Shown one piece after another: positions 9,122 to 20,743 of a stretch of DNA of 64,000 nt; the first letter of the stretch is position 1; every line of letters starts with the position of its first letter. A program made the position numbers and the translations under genes. Source of the stretch: Thermodesulfobacteriota bacterium (GTDB lineage: Bacteria > Desulfobacterota_D > UBA1144 > Nemesobacterales > UBA2774). Location: contig OY729416.1 of NCBI GenBank assembly GCA_963422265.1, forward strand, positions 224,001 to 288,000, read 5' to 3'. The notes below the pieces were generated by a model. The model made no database searches, was not told the DNA's origin, and saw only the letters and a list, made by a program, of their open reading frames with translations.

Positions 9122-10264
9122 ATGAATCGATTGGACAGAAAATCTATATTATCTAGGGTCAAAAGAGCTATTATCAAAATAGGGAGCAGCGTCTTGACCG
9201 ATGCCGAAGGCAGCTTATCCGTTGAAGTCTTTGATAAAGTAGCTTCACAGGTCTCACAAGCGCGCTCAAAGGGGATTGACGTTGTTCTCGTCTCTTCGGG
9301 CGCTATTGCTTCGGGCATGAAAAAGCTCAGACTTGATAAAAAGCCCGAAGAAACTTCTATGAAGCAGGCAATCGCCGCCTGTGGGCAGAGCGCTCTTATG
9401 TGGAATTATGAGAGAGCGTTCTCGGTCTATGGTCGTCACGTTGCTCAGATTCTCCTTACGCATGATGGACTAGCTGATAGAAAAAGATTCTTAAATGCGC
9501 GAAAGACGCTTTTAACTTTACTAGATATGGGGGCTATTCCGATTGTAAATGAGAATGATACAGTCGCCGTTGACGAGATTATACTAGGGGATAACGATAA
9601 CCTCGCAGCGCTTGTAACATCTTTGATAGAGGCTGATATTCTCATAATGTTGACCGACATAGAAGGTTTGTATAGCAAGGATCCCAGAAGTAACGATGAC
9701 GCGGAGCTTATATCACTTATAGATGAAATAGGTGAAGAGATTGAAAGCGTTGCCGGGGAGACCCTAGGAAGAACTACGACAGGTGGAATGAGAACTAAGA
9801 TACAAGCGGCGAGAAGCGCGGCTGCGCTCGGCGTGCCTACGGTTATTGCAAATGGCAAAAGGGAAGGCGTGCTTAAGGGGATATTTGACGCAAGGGACGT
9901 CGGTACCATATTTCTTCCTGCGGTGAAGAGCCTAAAGGGAAGGAAGCATTGGATAGCTTTCACACTTAAATCCGCGGGTGAGGTTGTAATTGACGGAGGG
10001 GCGAGCAAGGCTATTGTCTCTTTGGGCAAGAGCCTTCTTCCCTCGGGCATCATAGGGGTGCGAGGCGATTTTGGGGTTGGCGATTCGGTAACGTGCGTTG
10101 ATGAGAACGGCTCTAAAATTGCAAAGGGGCTAACTTCATATGGCTCCGACGATATTAGAAAGATCATGGGCTCTAAGACTTCAGAAATAGAGCGTATTCT
10201 AGGCTATAAATACGCGGAAGAGGTTATTCATAGGGACGATCTAGCTATAATAACTAATGGTTGA
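9122..10264 (+). CDS. proB: Glutamate 5-kinase
   Basis: IKIGSS, VSSGAIA, NENDTV, GDND, TGGMRTK, C-terminal PUA domain. Confidence 0.96.
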   Translation: MNRLDRKSILSRVKRAIIKIGSSVLTDAEGSLSVEVFDKVASQVSQARSKGIDVVLVSSGAIASGMKKLRLDKKPEETSMKQAIAACGQSALMWNYERAFSVYGRHVAQILLTHDGLADRKRFLNARKTLLTLLDMGAIPIVNENDTVAVDEIILGDNDNLAALVTSLIEADILIMLTDIEGLYSKDPRSNDDAELISLIDEIGEEIESVAGETLGRTTTGGMRTKIQAARSAAALGVPTVIANGKREGVLKGIFDARDVGTIFLPAVKSLKGRKHWIAFTLKSAGEVVIDGGASKAIVSLGKSLLPSGIIGVRGDFGVGDSVTCVDENGSKIAKGLTSYGSDDIRKIMGSKTSEIERILGYKYAEEVIHRDDLAIITNG

Positions 10265-11289
10265 TTAGGAAAAGTCAGTTCATGCTTAGTTTTGATTCAA
10301 AGAAGCTTTCCTTTGGTTTCATAACTCTAACTGTGTGTTTAGTCTCGGTGCTCGCGTATAGGGGCGTTACACGCTATATAAACGAAGTCAGCTTTATATC
10401 AAAAGATGCGATCTTCCTAATTACACGGGGGCAGGGGCTCAAAATCATATCTTATAGGCTCAAAGAAGAAGGTGTCATACAACATGATAGATTATTTATC
10501 CTTTACGTAGTTAGCAAGGGCTGGCAAAACGCTTTGAAGGCGGGTGAATATAGGTTTCAAAAGGGAGAAGCCTTGTCTCAGGTTGCAAGTAGGATAGTAA
10601 GGGGCGACGTAATTAGCTACAGCGTAACAATCCCTGAGGGGCTTAACGTATTAGAAGTTGCGGGGCTTCTTCATGATAAGAACGTAATTGATAGGGATGA
10701 TTTTCTTAGTTTGCTAAACAACGAGGAGTTACGCAAAGAGCTAATCGGCGATAATCCAATAGGTTACGAAGGTTACCTTTTTCCAGACACCTATTTCTAC
10801 AATAAGGGAGTTGTGCCGGAAGAGTTTATTAGGGGCATGATAAAAAGGTTCAATACCGTTTATGAAGGATTTGGAGAAGAAAGACGACGGGTTCATCTTA
10901 GCGATAATGAGATACTTACGCTCGCCTCCATAATTGAAAAGGAAACGGGGGATGATTCTGAACGCCCTCTTATCTCGGCGGTATTCCATAACCGCATGAA
11001 GAGGAGAATGAGGCTTGAGAGCGATCCGACTGTAATCTACGGCTTGGGGTCGAATTCCAAAGGGAATTTGACTAAGCGTGATTTAGCTACCTACACGGAG
11101 TATAATACCTATTTGATTAGGGGGCTTCCTCCTGGACCGATAGCTAACCCCGGAAAAGAGTCCATAGCTGCCGCGTTGAAACCAGCAAACGTCAAGTATC
11201 TCTACTTCGTTTCAAAGGGGGATGGGACGCACCAATTTTCTACTAACTACGAGTCTCACCGCAGGGCAGTCTATAAATACCAGAGATAA
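10261..11289 (+). CDS. mltG: Endolytic transglycosylase MltG
   Basis: N-terminal TM, TIPEG, EGYLFPDTY, LASIIEKE, LESDPTVIY, GLPPGPIANPG. Confidence 0.95.
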   Translation: MIRKSQFMLSFDSKKLSFGFITLTVCLVSVLAYRGVTRYINEVSFISKDAIFLITRGQGLKIISYRLKEEGVIQHDRLFILYVVSKGWQNALKAGEYRFQKGEALSQVASRIVRGDVISYSVTIPEGLNVLEVAGLLHDKNVIDRDDFLSLLNNEELRKELIGDNPIGYEGYLFPDTYFYNKGVVPEEFIRGMIKRFNTVYEGFGEERRRVHLSDNEILTLASIIEKETGDDSERPLISAVFHNRMKRRMRLESDPTVIYGLGSNSKGNLTKRDLATYTEYNTYLIRGLPPGPIANPGKESIAAALKPANVKYLYFVSKGDGTHQFSTNYESHRRAVYKYQR

Positions 11290-11298
11290 GAGATGATC

Positions 11299-12279
11299 TT
11301 ACACGAAGACTTGACTAAAGGGATCGGCGTGAGTCTTATCGCTGGCAAAGGGGTCAATCTTTTTCTTATCCGTTCTCTCTATTCTTATAACGCCGTTTTT
11401 CCTACTGGTCGCAATGAATTGGGATCCGCTGGTCTCACCTGAAATTTTTTGCAGTATTCGAGGATAATTTTTTGAACCAATAAATATAGAATGGATACAT
11501 ACCCCTAGCTTTTTGGCCCTTGTTCTTTCCGCTGTTACGCTACAGTCTCCAGACGTAGGTATGCCATCTGTAATTAAGAGTATGTGTTTGTTCCTAAGTC
11601 CTCTTCCTCTAAATTCGGAAAGCGCATCCTTGAGCGCGTCTTCATAGTTTGTGTTCCCAGAGCATTCGGTTTTGGAGGCTTCCTCTAGCATCCATTTATA
11701 ATCTCTGGTAAAGAACTTAGAATTTTTTCTATGTTTATAGGATCGGTGATTGAACTCAACGTATCCTACTCTCATTCTTTTAGATCTTGCTAGCTCTACA
11801 ACTCCCTTTACTACCGAAGAAGACCATTCGCTATACACTCCCATCATAGAGGTGCTTACGTCCCTTAGTATAGCGATCTCGCCTCCCATCGTTTCTTTCT
11901 CTCGCTTGTGAACTCTGGGAAGCGATGGAGTGGTATGCTCTGACCAGAAGGTCGCCTCAAACGGATCCACGTCCTCAATCTCATCAAAATGTCTCATTCG
12001 TTTCCAGGTTCTGGGCATACCGCCCGGGTGCGGTGCCCTTAACGCTATACTTTTCTGAAAGTTGCCCTCCAGGACTTTCATTATGATTTTTACATTATCG
12101 GCGGAGTCTAAATTCTTTCTCCCGCTTATCCAGTAGTCTTCTTCATCGCCTGGATCAGGAGACTTGCTTGCAAACACTTTGCTTGATTTAGGTGGTTCCC
12201 TATCGTCCTTCCTGCCAAGGTCATCGCTCAGTTGCCCAGTAGGATCAGAAGGAATATTCTGATCATCTGGAGGGGACAT
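11299..12279 (-). CDS. von Willebrand factor A domain protein (frame open upstream to the A10 tract at 12466-12475)
   Basis: MIDAS residues DVSTS, GNTNY, ITDG; acidic/Pro-rich N-terminal linker. Confidence 0.85.
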   Translation of the reverse strand: MSPPDDQNIPSDPTGQLSDDLGRKDDREPPKSSKVFASKSPDPGDEEDYWISGRKNLDSADNVKIIMKVLEGNFQKSIALRAPHPGGMPRTWKRMRHFDEIEDVDPFEATFWSEHTTPSLPRVHKREKETMGGEIAILRDVSTSMMGVYSEWSSSVVKGVVELARSKRMRVGYVEFNHRSYKHRKNSKFFTRDYKWMLEEASKTECSGNTNYEDALKDALSEFRGRGLRNKHILLITDGIPTSGDCSVTAERTRAKKLGVCIHSIFIGSKNYPRILQKISGETSGSQFIATSRKNGVIRIERTDKKKIDPFASDKTHADPFSQVFV

Positions 12280-12452
12280 GTCGCTTTCATTCTGTATATT
12301 TTCTTTAAGTTCTTTTAACGCCTGAAAGAAGGTCTTTCTGGCTTCAGAGAGTTGGTCTTGAGGGGATTCTGATTTTTTAGTTGCTTCGTCGTCGGGTATT
12401 TCTTGGGTTTCCTCGCCTGGTGTATCCTGCTCAAATTCTGACTGTGATTCTT

Positions 12453-13406
12453 CTAGGTTACGGTCTTTTTTTTTTGAGGGGAAGTGACGTCTTCAAGTAT
12501 TTTGTCCATTTGCATGAGCACCTCTTCGGGGATACGAAAGGCGGTCATATATTTAAGCGCTTTCAGATCCTCGGTTGTGCAGTGCTTCCTATTATGCAGT
12601 AGCGCGTGCGCCCTTATTATTTTAAGCGACTTAACAAAGAACGTTCTGTCAGATATAAGAGAGTTTGTCTCGTTGCATCCGTAGTTTTCTATTAGCGTCG
12701 TTACGAAATTGGCTAATCCCTCCTGCACCTCAAGGGGCATCTCTACGCTACCGAGCTTTTCATAATACTCATCAAAGACTTCTTTGCTTACCCTCGCAGG
12801 CACGTCATATTCACCAGATCTTTTGCTGTAGAGCTTTATTACCTCTTTCGCTTCCTCCCATTTCCTTCCGTAAGAGAGCCCCTGAGCATTTATTTGAATG
12901 ATAAATCTATCCAGATTCGCAGGATCTAAAGGCTCGTTATAGTATTCATCCGCAGTTGGGTTACTAGTAGCTATGGCTGTAAGCAAGGGTATGTTCTCGT
13001 CAAAAAACTTCCTTTCATTAAGAATTCTAAGCAGCACGTTAAGCGATTCGCCCGGCGCGCGGGAGATGTCGTCCAAGAGGCAAATTTCAGACGTTAGGAT
13101 GCCACCCTTGACTATTTTTTGCTTAATTACTTCTCCGTTATCCGTAGTCTCTTTAGAGATTACTAGGTCTCCTATTAGCTCCGAGAGTCTCGTGTCTCTG
13201 TGTAGTTGGTAGAAGAAGAAGCCAAGCCGAGCTGCCCCCGATATGATTTCCGCGAGCATGGTTTTAGCCGTGCCAGGAGGACCCTCAATGTATATGTGCT
13301 CTCTAGCTATTACACCTAAAAGAAGGGATATTTTTACTTCCTCGTGTCCTACTACTAGCTTGTCCATTTCTTCTTTTAGGGCTACGAATGGATTATCTGC
13401 ACTCAT
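12453..13406 (-). CDS. MoxR/RavA-like AAA+ ATPase
   Basis: GPPGTAKT, LLDDISRA, ATSN, LDPANLDRF; ends PQKKKTVT. Confidence 0.9.
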   Translation of the reverse strand: MSADNPFVALKEEMDKLVVGHEEVKISLLLGVIAREHIYIEGPPGTAKTMLAEIISGAARLGFFFYQLHRDTRLSELIGDLVISKETTDNGEVIKQKIVKGGILTSEICLLDDISRAPGESLNVLLRILNERKFFDENIPLLTAIATSNPTADEYYNEPLDPANLDRFIIQINAQGLSYGRKWEEAKEVIKLYSKRSGEYDVPARVSKEVFDEYYEKLGSVEMPLEVQEGLANFVTTLIENYGCNETNSLISDRTFFVKSLKIIRAHALLHNRKHCTTEDLKALKYMTAFRIPEEVLMQMDKILEDVTSPQKKKTVT

Positions 13407-13801
13407 TGTCTTACCTTGCCTCCATTTAGTTCTATTTCAATAAAAAGCAATTCTACATAAAGCTTTATTTTTTTGCAATTTTCTGCGATTATGGCATTAA
13501 GATTATAACTCCTTCTTCTTCACACAAGATATACATTATCCTTAGTAGAGGAAACGGGCAGAGGAAATGGTCTTGAGGCAGGTGCATTGGCAATGTTGAG
13601 GTTTCTTAATCCCGTTATTGCTTCGCCTTACAATGTTGAGACGGATAGGTTAGTTTGACATAATTATCACTTTAGTATTATTTATTAAAGCTAGAGTTAA
13701 AAGATATAAAGTAGGTAAAATTAAAGTGAGTAAATATAGCGAGTAAATCGAGTAAATATAGAGTAGGAAGACTTAGTAAAGCAACTTCAGTAGAGATAAC
13801 C

Positions 13802-14176
13802 ATGATATTAGTGATTTCTCTCTGTTATCCGACTCTATCCTATGGGGAATCTACAATCGGGGATGAGAAGAGTTTAGAAACAAGAGTAGGAATTATAGAA
13901 ACTAAAATTGTAGATATAGAACAAAGGCTAGATAATATATAAGTGAGTATGGGGGGAATAAGGAGTGATGTGTCTGATCTTAAAGTAGGACAAGCAGAGA
14001 TAAAGACGACGATGAAGATGTTGTTGACAATTCTAAGCGTTGTTGGCGGTGCGATAGTAGCTGGAATAGCTGGGTGGTTGATAAAGCAATTGCCTAGCAA
14101 TGCGAAGGTTCAAGCTTCTTATGCAGTAGACAAAGAAGATGCTAGATCAGTATCTTCTTTTGCTTCCCATCTTTAA
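13802..14176 (+). pseudogene. Coiled-coil plus C-terminal TM protein with in-frame TAA at 13940-13942
   Basis: MILVISLCYPTLSYG...LETRVGIIETKIVDIEQRLDNI*VSMGGIRSDVSDLKVGQAEIKTTMKMLLTILSVVGGAIVAGIAGW reads as one protein across the stop. Confidence 0.5.
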
Positions 14177-14256
14177 GGGCAATCTATATTAAGTTCAATA
14201 CGTTGTGAGAGTGCTGTAAAAAAAACAGAGACGATAGTTTCTAGGTGTAGGCAGAA

Positions 14257-15612
14257 ATGCAAGAGCAAATCACCAACCTCCTTTCTCTAGCTAGCGGTTT
14301 CGTTTGGGGCGCTCCTCTAATAGTTCTACTTCTCGGCACCGGTATATACCTTACTATAGTATTGAGAGGCATACAGTTTCGCGCTTTGGTGCCTGCGCTG
14401 TATCTCGCTTTAATAAGGAGAAAAGAGAGAGGAGAGGCTCAGGGCGATATCTCACAGTTTCAAGCTCTGATGACTGCGCTTTCGGCGACCGTGGGGGTTG
14501 GCAATATAGCAGGGGTTGCTACCGCAATTGCCGTAGGTGGTCCGGGGGCGCTGTTCTGGATGTGGGTTACCGGGCTTTTGGGGATGGCGACTAAGTATTC
14601 AGAGGCTGTCCTAGCCGTTAAGTACAGAGAGGTTGATAGTCTCGGTGCTATGAGCGGTGGCCCTATGCACTACATATCTAAAGGGCTTGGATTCAAGTGG
14701 CTAGGCATGCTTTTCGCTGTATTTGCGTCAATTGCGGCTTTGGGTATCGGCAACATGGTCCAGTCAAACTCGGTCGCCGACGCTCTCGGGGCGGCGTTTG
14801 GGATTCCTTTCTGGTTTACTGGCGTTCTATTATCCATTACTACGGGGCTTGTGATAATCGGTGGCATAAAGAGGATAGCTAGGGTTACAAGCGCGATAGT
14901 ACCCATAATGATAGTTTTTTATTTGATAGGTGCGATACTAACCCTAATTGCTTACCATGAGAACGTTCCGAATGCGTTCTATTTAATTTTCCACCACGCT
15001 TTTTCTCCTACCGCTGCCGCGGGTGGATTCATCGGTGCTACTATTAGTCAGACCTTACGTATGGGGGTAGCGCGCGGTATATTTTCAAATGAATCTGGGC
15101 TTGGAAGTTCCCCTATTGCGGCTGCCGCCGCCAAGACGAATAACCCAGTTGGACAGGCTCTCGTGTCCATGGTACAGACTTTTATTGATACAATCTTCGT
15201 CTGCACCTTTACGGGGCTTGTTATTATATCAAGCGGGGCGTGGACGACTGGCGAGACGGGAGCGGCGCTTTCAGCGCTAGCTTTTGAAGGTGGGATGCCT
15301 ATGCGGTTGGGGGCTGACGTTGTAGCTATTAGTCTCGCTTTCTTCGCGTATTCTACAGTGCTCGGATGGAGTTATTATGGTGAGAAGTGTATAGAGTATA
15401 TCTTCAGAGAGCGTGCCGTGGTGCCTTATAGAGTCATATTTACAGTTGTGCTGTTTGTCGGAGCAGTCATAAAACTCAACCTGGTCTGGGCCTTCGCCGA
15501 CGTGATGAACGGACTCATGGCCTTTCCTAATCTGGTGGGACTTTTAGGTCTTTCGGGGGTCGTGGTGGAAGAGACGAAGAAGTATTTAAGCCTAGAAATC
15601 TCGAGAGCTTGA
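14257..15612 (+). CDS. Alanine/glycine:cation symporter (AGCS family)
   Basis: [42 protein letters not shown]. Confidence 0.95.
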   Translation: MQEQITNLLSLASGFVWGAPLIVLLLGTGIYLTIVLRGIQFRALVPALYLALIRRKERGEAQGDISQFQALMTALSATVGVGNIAGVATAIAVGGPGALFWMWVTGLLGMATKYSEAVLAVKYREVDSLGAMSGGPMHYISKGLGFKWLGMLFAVFASIAALGIGNMVQSNSVADALGAAFGIPFWFTGVLLSITTGLVIIGGIKRIARVTSAIVPIMIVFYLIGAILTLIAYHENVPNAFYLIFHHAFSPTAAAGGFIGATISQTLRMGVARGIFSNESGLGSSPIAAAAAKTNNPVGQALVSMVQTFIDTIFVCTFTGLVIISSGAWTTGETGAALSALAFEGGMPMRLGADVVAISLAFFAYSTVLGWSYYGEKCIEYIFRERAVVPYRVIFTVVLFVGAVIKLNLVWAFADVMNGLMAFPNLVGLLGLSGVVVEETKKYLSLEISRA

Positions 15613-15616
15613 CCTT

Positions 15617-15668
15617 CACCTGAATCTAAGAGAGCTGTCTGGCACCTGAATCTAAGAGAGCTGTCTGG
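15617..15668 (+). repeat. Perfect 26-bp tandem duplication
   Basis: CACCTGAATCTAAGAGAGCTGTCTGG x2. Confidence 0.95.
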
Positions 15669-15687
15669 GATCAAAAACAAATAGGAA

Positions 15688-17928
15688 TTGTGCATGATTC
15701 AGCGTCTGAACGTTACGGATATGAGCTGTGCTAGTTGTGTTGAAACGGTTGATAAAGCTCTTAGATCAGTTCAAGGGGTTTTAGAAGTGCGCGTCAATTT
15801 TGTTGACGGCACGGCGACCGTTGAAGGTTCAGTATCATATGAACGTCTTATTAGGGCTGTTAGGGATGCTGGATATAAAGCTTCATTAATACCCGATAGC
15901 GCATACGATTACGATACGGAAAGGACCAAAAGCGAGAATTACAGATGTGACCTAAAGCGGACTATAATATCCGGAGCCATAAGTCTTTTAGTGCTAATAG
16001 TGAGCGTATTTGGCTTACTGCCGAGTACAGAGTCTATATCAGGGAGGGTGTCCTGGGGAATAGTTTCATTGTTGACCTTATTTGTGTTGACTTACGGCGG
16101 CGGCCGCTTTTTTAGTGGAGCCTATAGGGCATTTAGGAATCACAATGCTAATATGGATACCCTGGTTGCGATTGCGACAGGGGTCGCATGGGTCTATTCG
16201 AGTTTCGTCATTCTGTTTCCAAATGCGTTTCCCGAATTAGAGCGACATTTACCCGATCGCAGTCGGGGGTATATTTATTTTGATACGGCTGCTTTAATAA
16301 TAGCTTTTGTTAACTTAGGTTCGGTGCTTGAGACGCGAGCAAAACAGAAGGCATCTCAGTTAATTAAGCACCTTATCGGTCTTCGGCCCAAGACGGCAAG
16401 GGTTCTAAGAAATGGTGAAGAGAAGGATATACCAATAGAGCAATTAAAGTTGGGAGAAGTTGTGCGCGTTCGACCTGGAGAGAAGCTGCCAATTGACGGT
16501 GAAATAATTGAGGGCGCTTCTTACGTGGATGAATCTATAGTTACAGGGGAGCCGATGCTGATTGAAAAGGGTGTAGGAGATGAGGTGGTCAGCGGCGCGA
16601 TCAACAAGTCGGGCAGCTTTTTATTCAGGGTTACCCGTGTGGGAAAAGAGACGACCCTTGCGCGGATTGTAGATATGGTAAGGAGGGCTCAGAATGCAAA
16701 GCCCCCTATAGGAAAGCTTGCGGATAGAGTCTCGTCAGTATTTGTTCCTTCCGTATTGGTAATTGCCGTTATCACTCTTATCGCTTGGTTTATTTACGGT
16801 CCTGAGCCCCGCGTTACCTTTATGCTGATAACTTCAACGTCTGTTTTAATAATAGCCTGTCCCTGCGCTCTGGGGCTAGCGACCCCTATCTCAATTATGG
16901 TTGGGGTTGGCAAAGCCGCTGAATATGGAGTTCTCATACGCCGCGGCGACGCCCTCCAACAGATGGGAGAATTGACTACGGTGGTTATAGATAAAACCGG
17001 GACGATAACTGAGGGTAAGCCCCAGCTTACGGTTGTAGAAACGGCGTTAAACTGGTCTCAGGATGATTTATTAAAAGTAGCTGCAAGCGTAGAGCGTAGT
17101 TCAGAGCATCCTCTTGCCGAGGCGATTGTAGGCGCTGCCAAGGAGAGAAATTTTGAACTAAGAAGTCCGGAATCGTTTGAGTCCCTTTCCGGCCATGGAG
17201 TTATTGCTAAGCTTAACGGGCGGGACGTTTTAATCGGTAATGAAAGGCTAATGGATAGTTATGGCGTCGATTTGACAGGGCTAACTCAAAAGTCGCAAGT
17301 CTTATCTAAGGTTGGACAAATCATTGTATTCGTAGCCGTAAATAATAACCTGGTGGGGATATTGGGTATATCCGATCTTGTAAAGGCTGACTCATACGAG
17401 GCAATCAATAGACTTAGGGAAGCTGGGATTAAGGTGGTTATGCTAACGGGAGATAGTTATGCGACTGCAAAAGCCATAGCTGCACGGGTTGGCGTAAATG
17501 ACTTTATTGCCGAGGCGTTACCTGAAGATAAGGCTTATGAAATTTCTAGGCTACGCTCAAAGGGCGAAAGGGTCGCCATGGTCGGTGATGGTATAAACGA
17601 TGCGCCTGCACTTGCCGAAGCTGACGTAGGCTTTTCAATGGGGGTAGGGGCAGACGTTGCGATCGAGAGCGCTGGTGTAACGCTTACTGGGTCATCCCTA
17701 CATGGCGTTGCTGATGCAATGAGCATATCAAAGGCGACTTTAAGAAATATTAAACAGAACCTTATCGGTGCGTTCGCTTATAACTCCTTCGCTATACCCA
17801 TAGCCGCAGGCGTACTATTTCCATTTGCGGGGTTACTATTGAATCCTGCCATAGCGGGCGCCGCTATGGCTTTGTCATCCGTAACGGTAGCAATGAATGC
17901 CAATCGTTTGAGGCGGTTTCAACCCTAG
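15688..17928 (+). CDS. copA: Copper-translocating P1B-type ATPase
   Basis: MSCASC metal-binding domain, TGE, CPC, DKTGT, SEHPL, GDGINDAP, YN and MALSS. Confidence 0.93.
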   Translation: MCMIQRLNVTDMSCASCVETVDKALRSVQGVLEVRVNFVDGTATVEGSVSYERLIRAVRDAGYKASLIPDSAYDYDTERTKSENYRCDLKRTIISGAISLLVLIVSVFGLLPSTESISGRVSWGIVSLLTLFVLTYGGGRFFSGAYRAFRNHNANMDTLVAIATGVAWVYSSFVILFPNAFPELERHLPDRSRGYIYFDTAALIIAFVNLGSVLETRAKQKASQLIKHLIGLRPKTARVLRNGEEKDIPIEQLKLGEVVRVRPGEKLPIDGEIIEGASYVDESIVTGEPMLIEKGVGDEVVSGAINKSGSFLFRVTRVGKETTLARIVDMVRRAQNAKPPIGKLADRVSSVFVPSVLVIAVITLIAWFIYGPEPRVTFMLITSTSVLIIACPCALGLATPISIMVGVGKAAEYGVLIRRGDALQQMGELTTVVIDKTGTITEGKPQLTVVETALNWSQDDLLKVAASVERSSEHPLAEAIVGAAKERNFELRSPESFESLSGHGVIAKLNGRDVLIGNERLMDSYGVDLTGLTQKSQVLSKVGQIIVFVAVNNNLVGILGISDLVKADSYEAINRLREAGIKVVMLTGDSYATAKAIAARVGVNDFIAEALPEDKAYEISRLRSKGERVAMVGDGINDAPALAEADVGFSMGVGADVAIESAGVTLTGSSLHGVADAMSISKATLRNIKQNLIGAFAYNSFAIPIAAGVLFPFAGLLLNPAIAGAAMALSSVTVAMNANRLRRFQP

Positions 17929-18064
17929 TTTACGGGCATGATAAGTGCCAATGCACAACAATTCTGTAGGCATTAGCTCTTATCAATGCGCTGGCTTTGA
18001 AACGAGAGAAAAGCTTGTCCAGAATTATTCTTGAGAACTTCTAAGGAAGGAGTTCTACAAATAT

Positions 18065-18268
18065 TTACTGAGCAACCTTATTAACTTTACTTGCCTGGAG
18101 TCCCTTTGGACCCTCGACTACTTCAAACTCTACTTCATCGCCTTCGGCTAAGGTTCTAAAACCGTCGCCTTCAATAGAACTGTAGTGGACGAATACGTCC
18201 TTACCACTATCCTGCTCAATGAATCCGAATCCCTTGGACTCGTTAAACCATTTTACTTTACCTTTCAA
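18065..18268 (-). CDS. Cold-shock protein (TTG start)
   Basis: [16 protein letters not shown]...DVFVHYS; RBS GGAGG before TTG at 18268. Confidence 0.95.
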   Translation of the reverse strand: MKGKVKWFNESKGFGFIEQDSGKDVFVHYSSIEGDGFRTLAEGDEVEFEVVEGPKGLQASKVNKVAQ

Positions 18269-18298
18269 CCTAATTCCTCCAAAAAAGTATTTTAGTAA

Positions 18299-18327
18299 AT
18301 AATACATGCTATTTTTTGCTTAGTCAA
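18299..18327 (-). promoter_or_regulatory. Sigma70-like promoter of the cold-shock gene
   Basis: TTGACT-N17-TATTAT on the minus strand. Confidence 0.6.
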
Positions 18328-18413
18328 TATAAAATGTAATTATTGATAAAATGTAATTATTGAGATTTTATCTAAAATTCATTTAAGTCAGAACGTTAGA
18401 GAATTACGACTAT

Positions 18414-18442
18414 TTGACATTGAGTATAGCCTAGGATTTAAT
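18414..18442 (+). promoter_or_regulatory. Sigma70-like promoter of tpx
   Basis: TTGACA-N17-TTTAAT. Confidence 0.55.
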
Positions 18443-18493
18443 GATAGTCTATTAAGTCTATAAAGTTAAGAAAGTTAAGGAGGTATTAAAAGC

Positions 18494-19012
18494 ATGGCTG
18501 AAGAAAGATCGGGAATAGTAAAACTTAAGGGGAATCCGTTGACCCTTGTAGGTCCAGAGATAAAGGTTGGGGATGCTGCCCCTGATTTTTCAGCTTTGGA
18601 ATCTCTAGGCTCACCCGTAAGCCTGAGCGACTTAGAAGGGAGAGTCAAAATCTTTAACGTGGTAGTTTCCGTGGATACGCCGGTTTGCGCTGTTCAAACA
18701 AAGAAGTTTAACCAGGAAGCTGCGAGTCTAGGTGAGGGAGTCGAAATTCTTACGATGAGTATGGATCTGCCTTTTGCGATGAGCCGCTATTGCGCCGCCG
18801 AAGGAATTGACAGGGTGAGAAACCTGTCGGACTATAAAGAAGCGTCCTTTGGTGAGGCGTATGGTGTCCTTATTAAAGAGCATCGTCTATTAGCGAGGGC
18901 AGTATTCATAGTTGATAAACACAACGTTGTAAAGCACGTAGAATACGTAAGCGAGGTAGCTCAAGAACCCGATTACGAGGCGGCTATGGAAGCTGTGAGA
19001 GCCTCTCTTTAG
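18494..19012 (+). CDS. tpx: Thiol peroxidase
   Basis: VGDAAPDF, SVDTPVC, SMDLPFA..RYC, LARAVF, EPDY. Confidence 0.95.
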   Translation: MAEERSGIVKLKGNPLTLVGPEIKVGDAAPDFSALESLGSPVSLSDLEGRVKIFNVVVSVDTPVCAVQTKKFNQEAASLGEGVEILTMSMDLPFAMSRYCAAEGIDRVRNLSDYKEASFGEAYGVLIKEHRLLARAVFIVDKHNVVKHVEYVSEVAQEPDYEAAMEAVRASL

Positions 19013-19184
19013 ACGAGACGCATCTACGTAAGAAACGGTTATCCCTGTAAAGTTACTCTTAACGGTTACGAAACGGCTAAGATAGAGAGAATGAGAAAGT
19101 ATTTGCCTGTTGTGTGGAAGGGAGCAAAGTGGAGTCAGTGGGATAACGCAGTAGAAAACATGGAGACTTTGAGGAGACTTTGAC

Positions 19185-19664
19185 ATGAGGATAGGAAGCA
19201 TGATCAACAAACTATTGAATAAAGAGGGCGAGGTTGAAACAAATGAGGTTGAAACAAATAGTGAACCTAGCTCCATCGGTAAGGCTACAGTAGATAGTAG
19301 TTCTCTAACCCCCCGAGGTGGAGTGATGAGTCAGAATTTTGATAATGCGGAAGCCTCAGTAGTGAAGGTTACGGAGGAGCAGGTGCTTGAAGTTTTAAGT
19401 GAAGTGTACGACCCCGAGATTCCCATAGACATAGTTAGCCTGGGGCTGATCTACGGCGTTGAGATTAAAGGTGGAAACGTGCTGATTAAAATGACTATGA
19501 CCGCGCCCGGTTGTCCTGCTTCCACTCAGATAGCAGGCGAATCGAAACTACTCTTAGAGAATCTTCCAGGAGTAGAATCGGCGGAGATAGAGATCGTATG
19601 GGACCCGCCGTGGGATCCTAGCAAGATGAGCGAAGAAGCACGGAGCAGTATGGGCATATTCTAG
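19185..19664 (+). CDS. DUF59/SufT-like Fe-S assembly protein (true start may lie downstream)
   Basis: VYDPEIPIDIVSLGLIY, MTMTAPGCP, VWDPPW..KMSEEA. Confidence 0.9.
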   Translation: MRIGSMINKLLNKEGEVETNEVETNSEPSSIGKATVDSSSLTPRGGVMSQNFDNAEASVVKVTEEQVLEVLSEVYDPEIPIDIVSLGLIYGVEIKGGNVLIKMTMTAPGCPASTQIAGESKLLLENLPGVESAEIEIVWDPPWDPSKMSEEARSSMGIF

Positions 19665-20480
<816 letters not shown>

Positions 20481-20743
20481 GGGTTGGCTAGTCTAATTTA
20501 AGTGTTTATTACTTTAGGCATCTACAATGTTGGGGCAATATTTGTTGTAGATAAGCTTGACAGATTTCTTTGACGTGATATAAATAGTGAGGTCTTTAGA
20601 AAGTTTAAACCTAAACTTTCTAGACAGCGGCGCATCTGCTGAGTGCGCTTCAGGAGTCGTGCTAGACTTGTAGCGCTAGACTTAACGTTAGAAAGCGCCT
20701 TCGGCTCTTTAGGACAGGAAATAAGACGGAAAAAGATAAAGTA

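Noticed and set aside
18269-18307. N-terminal extension of the cold-shock protein
   Set aside because: RBS and promoter positions point to the TTG at 18268.
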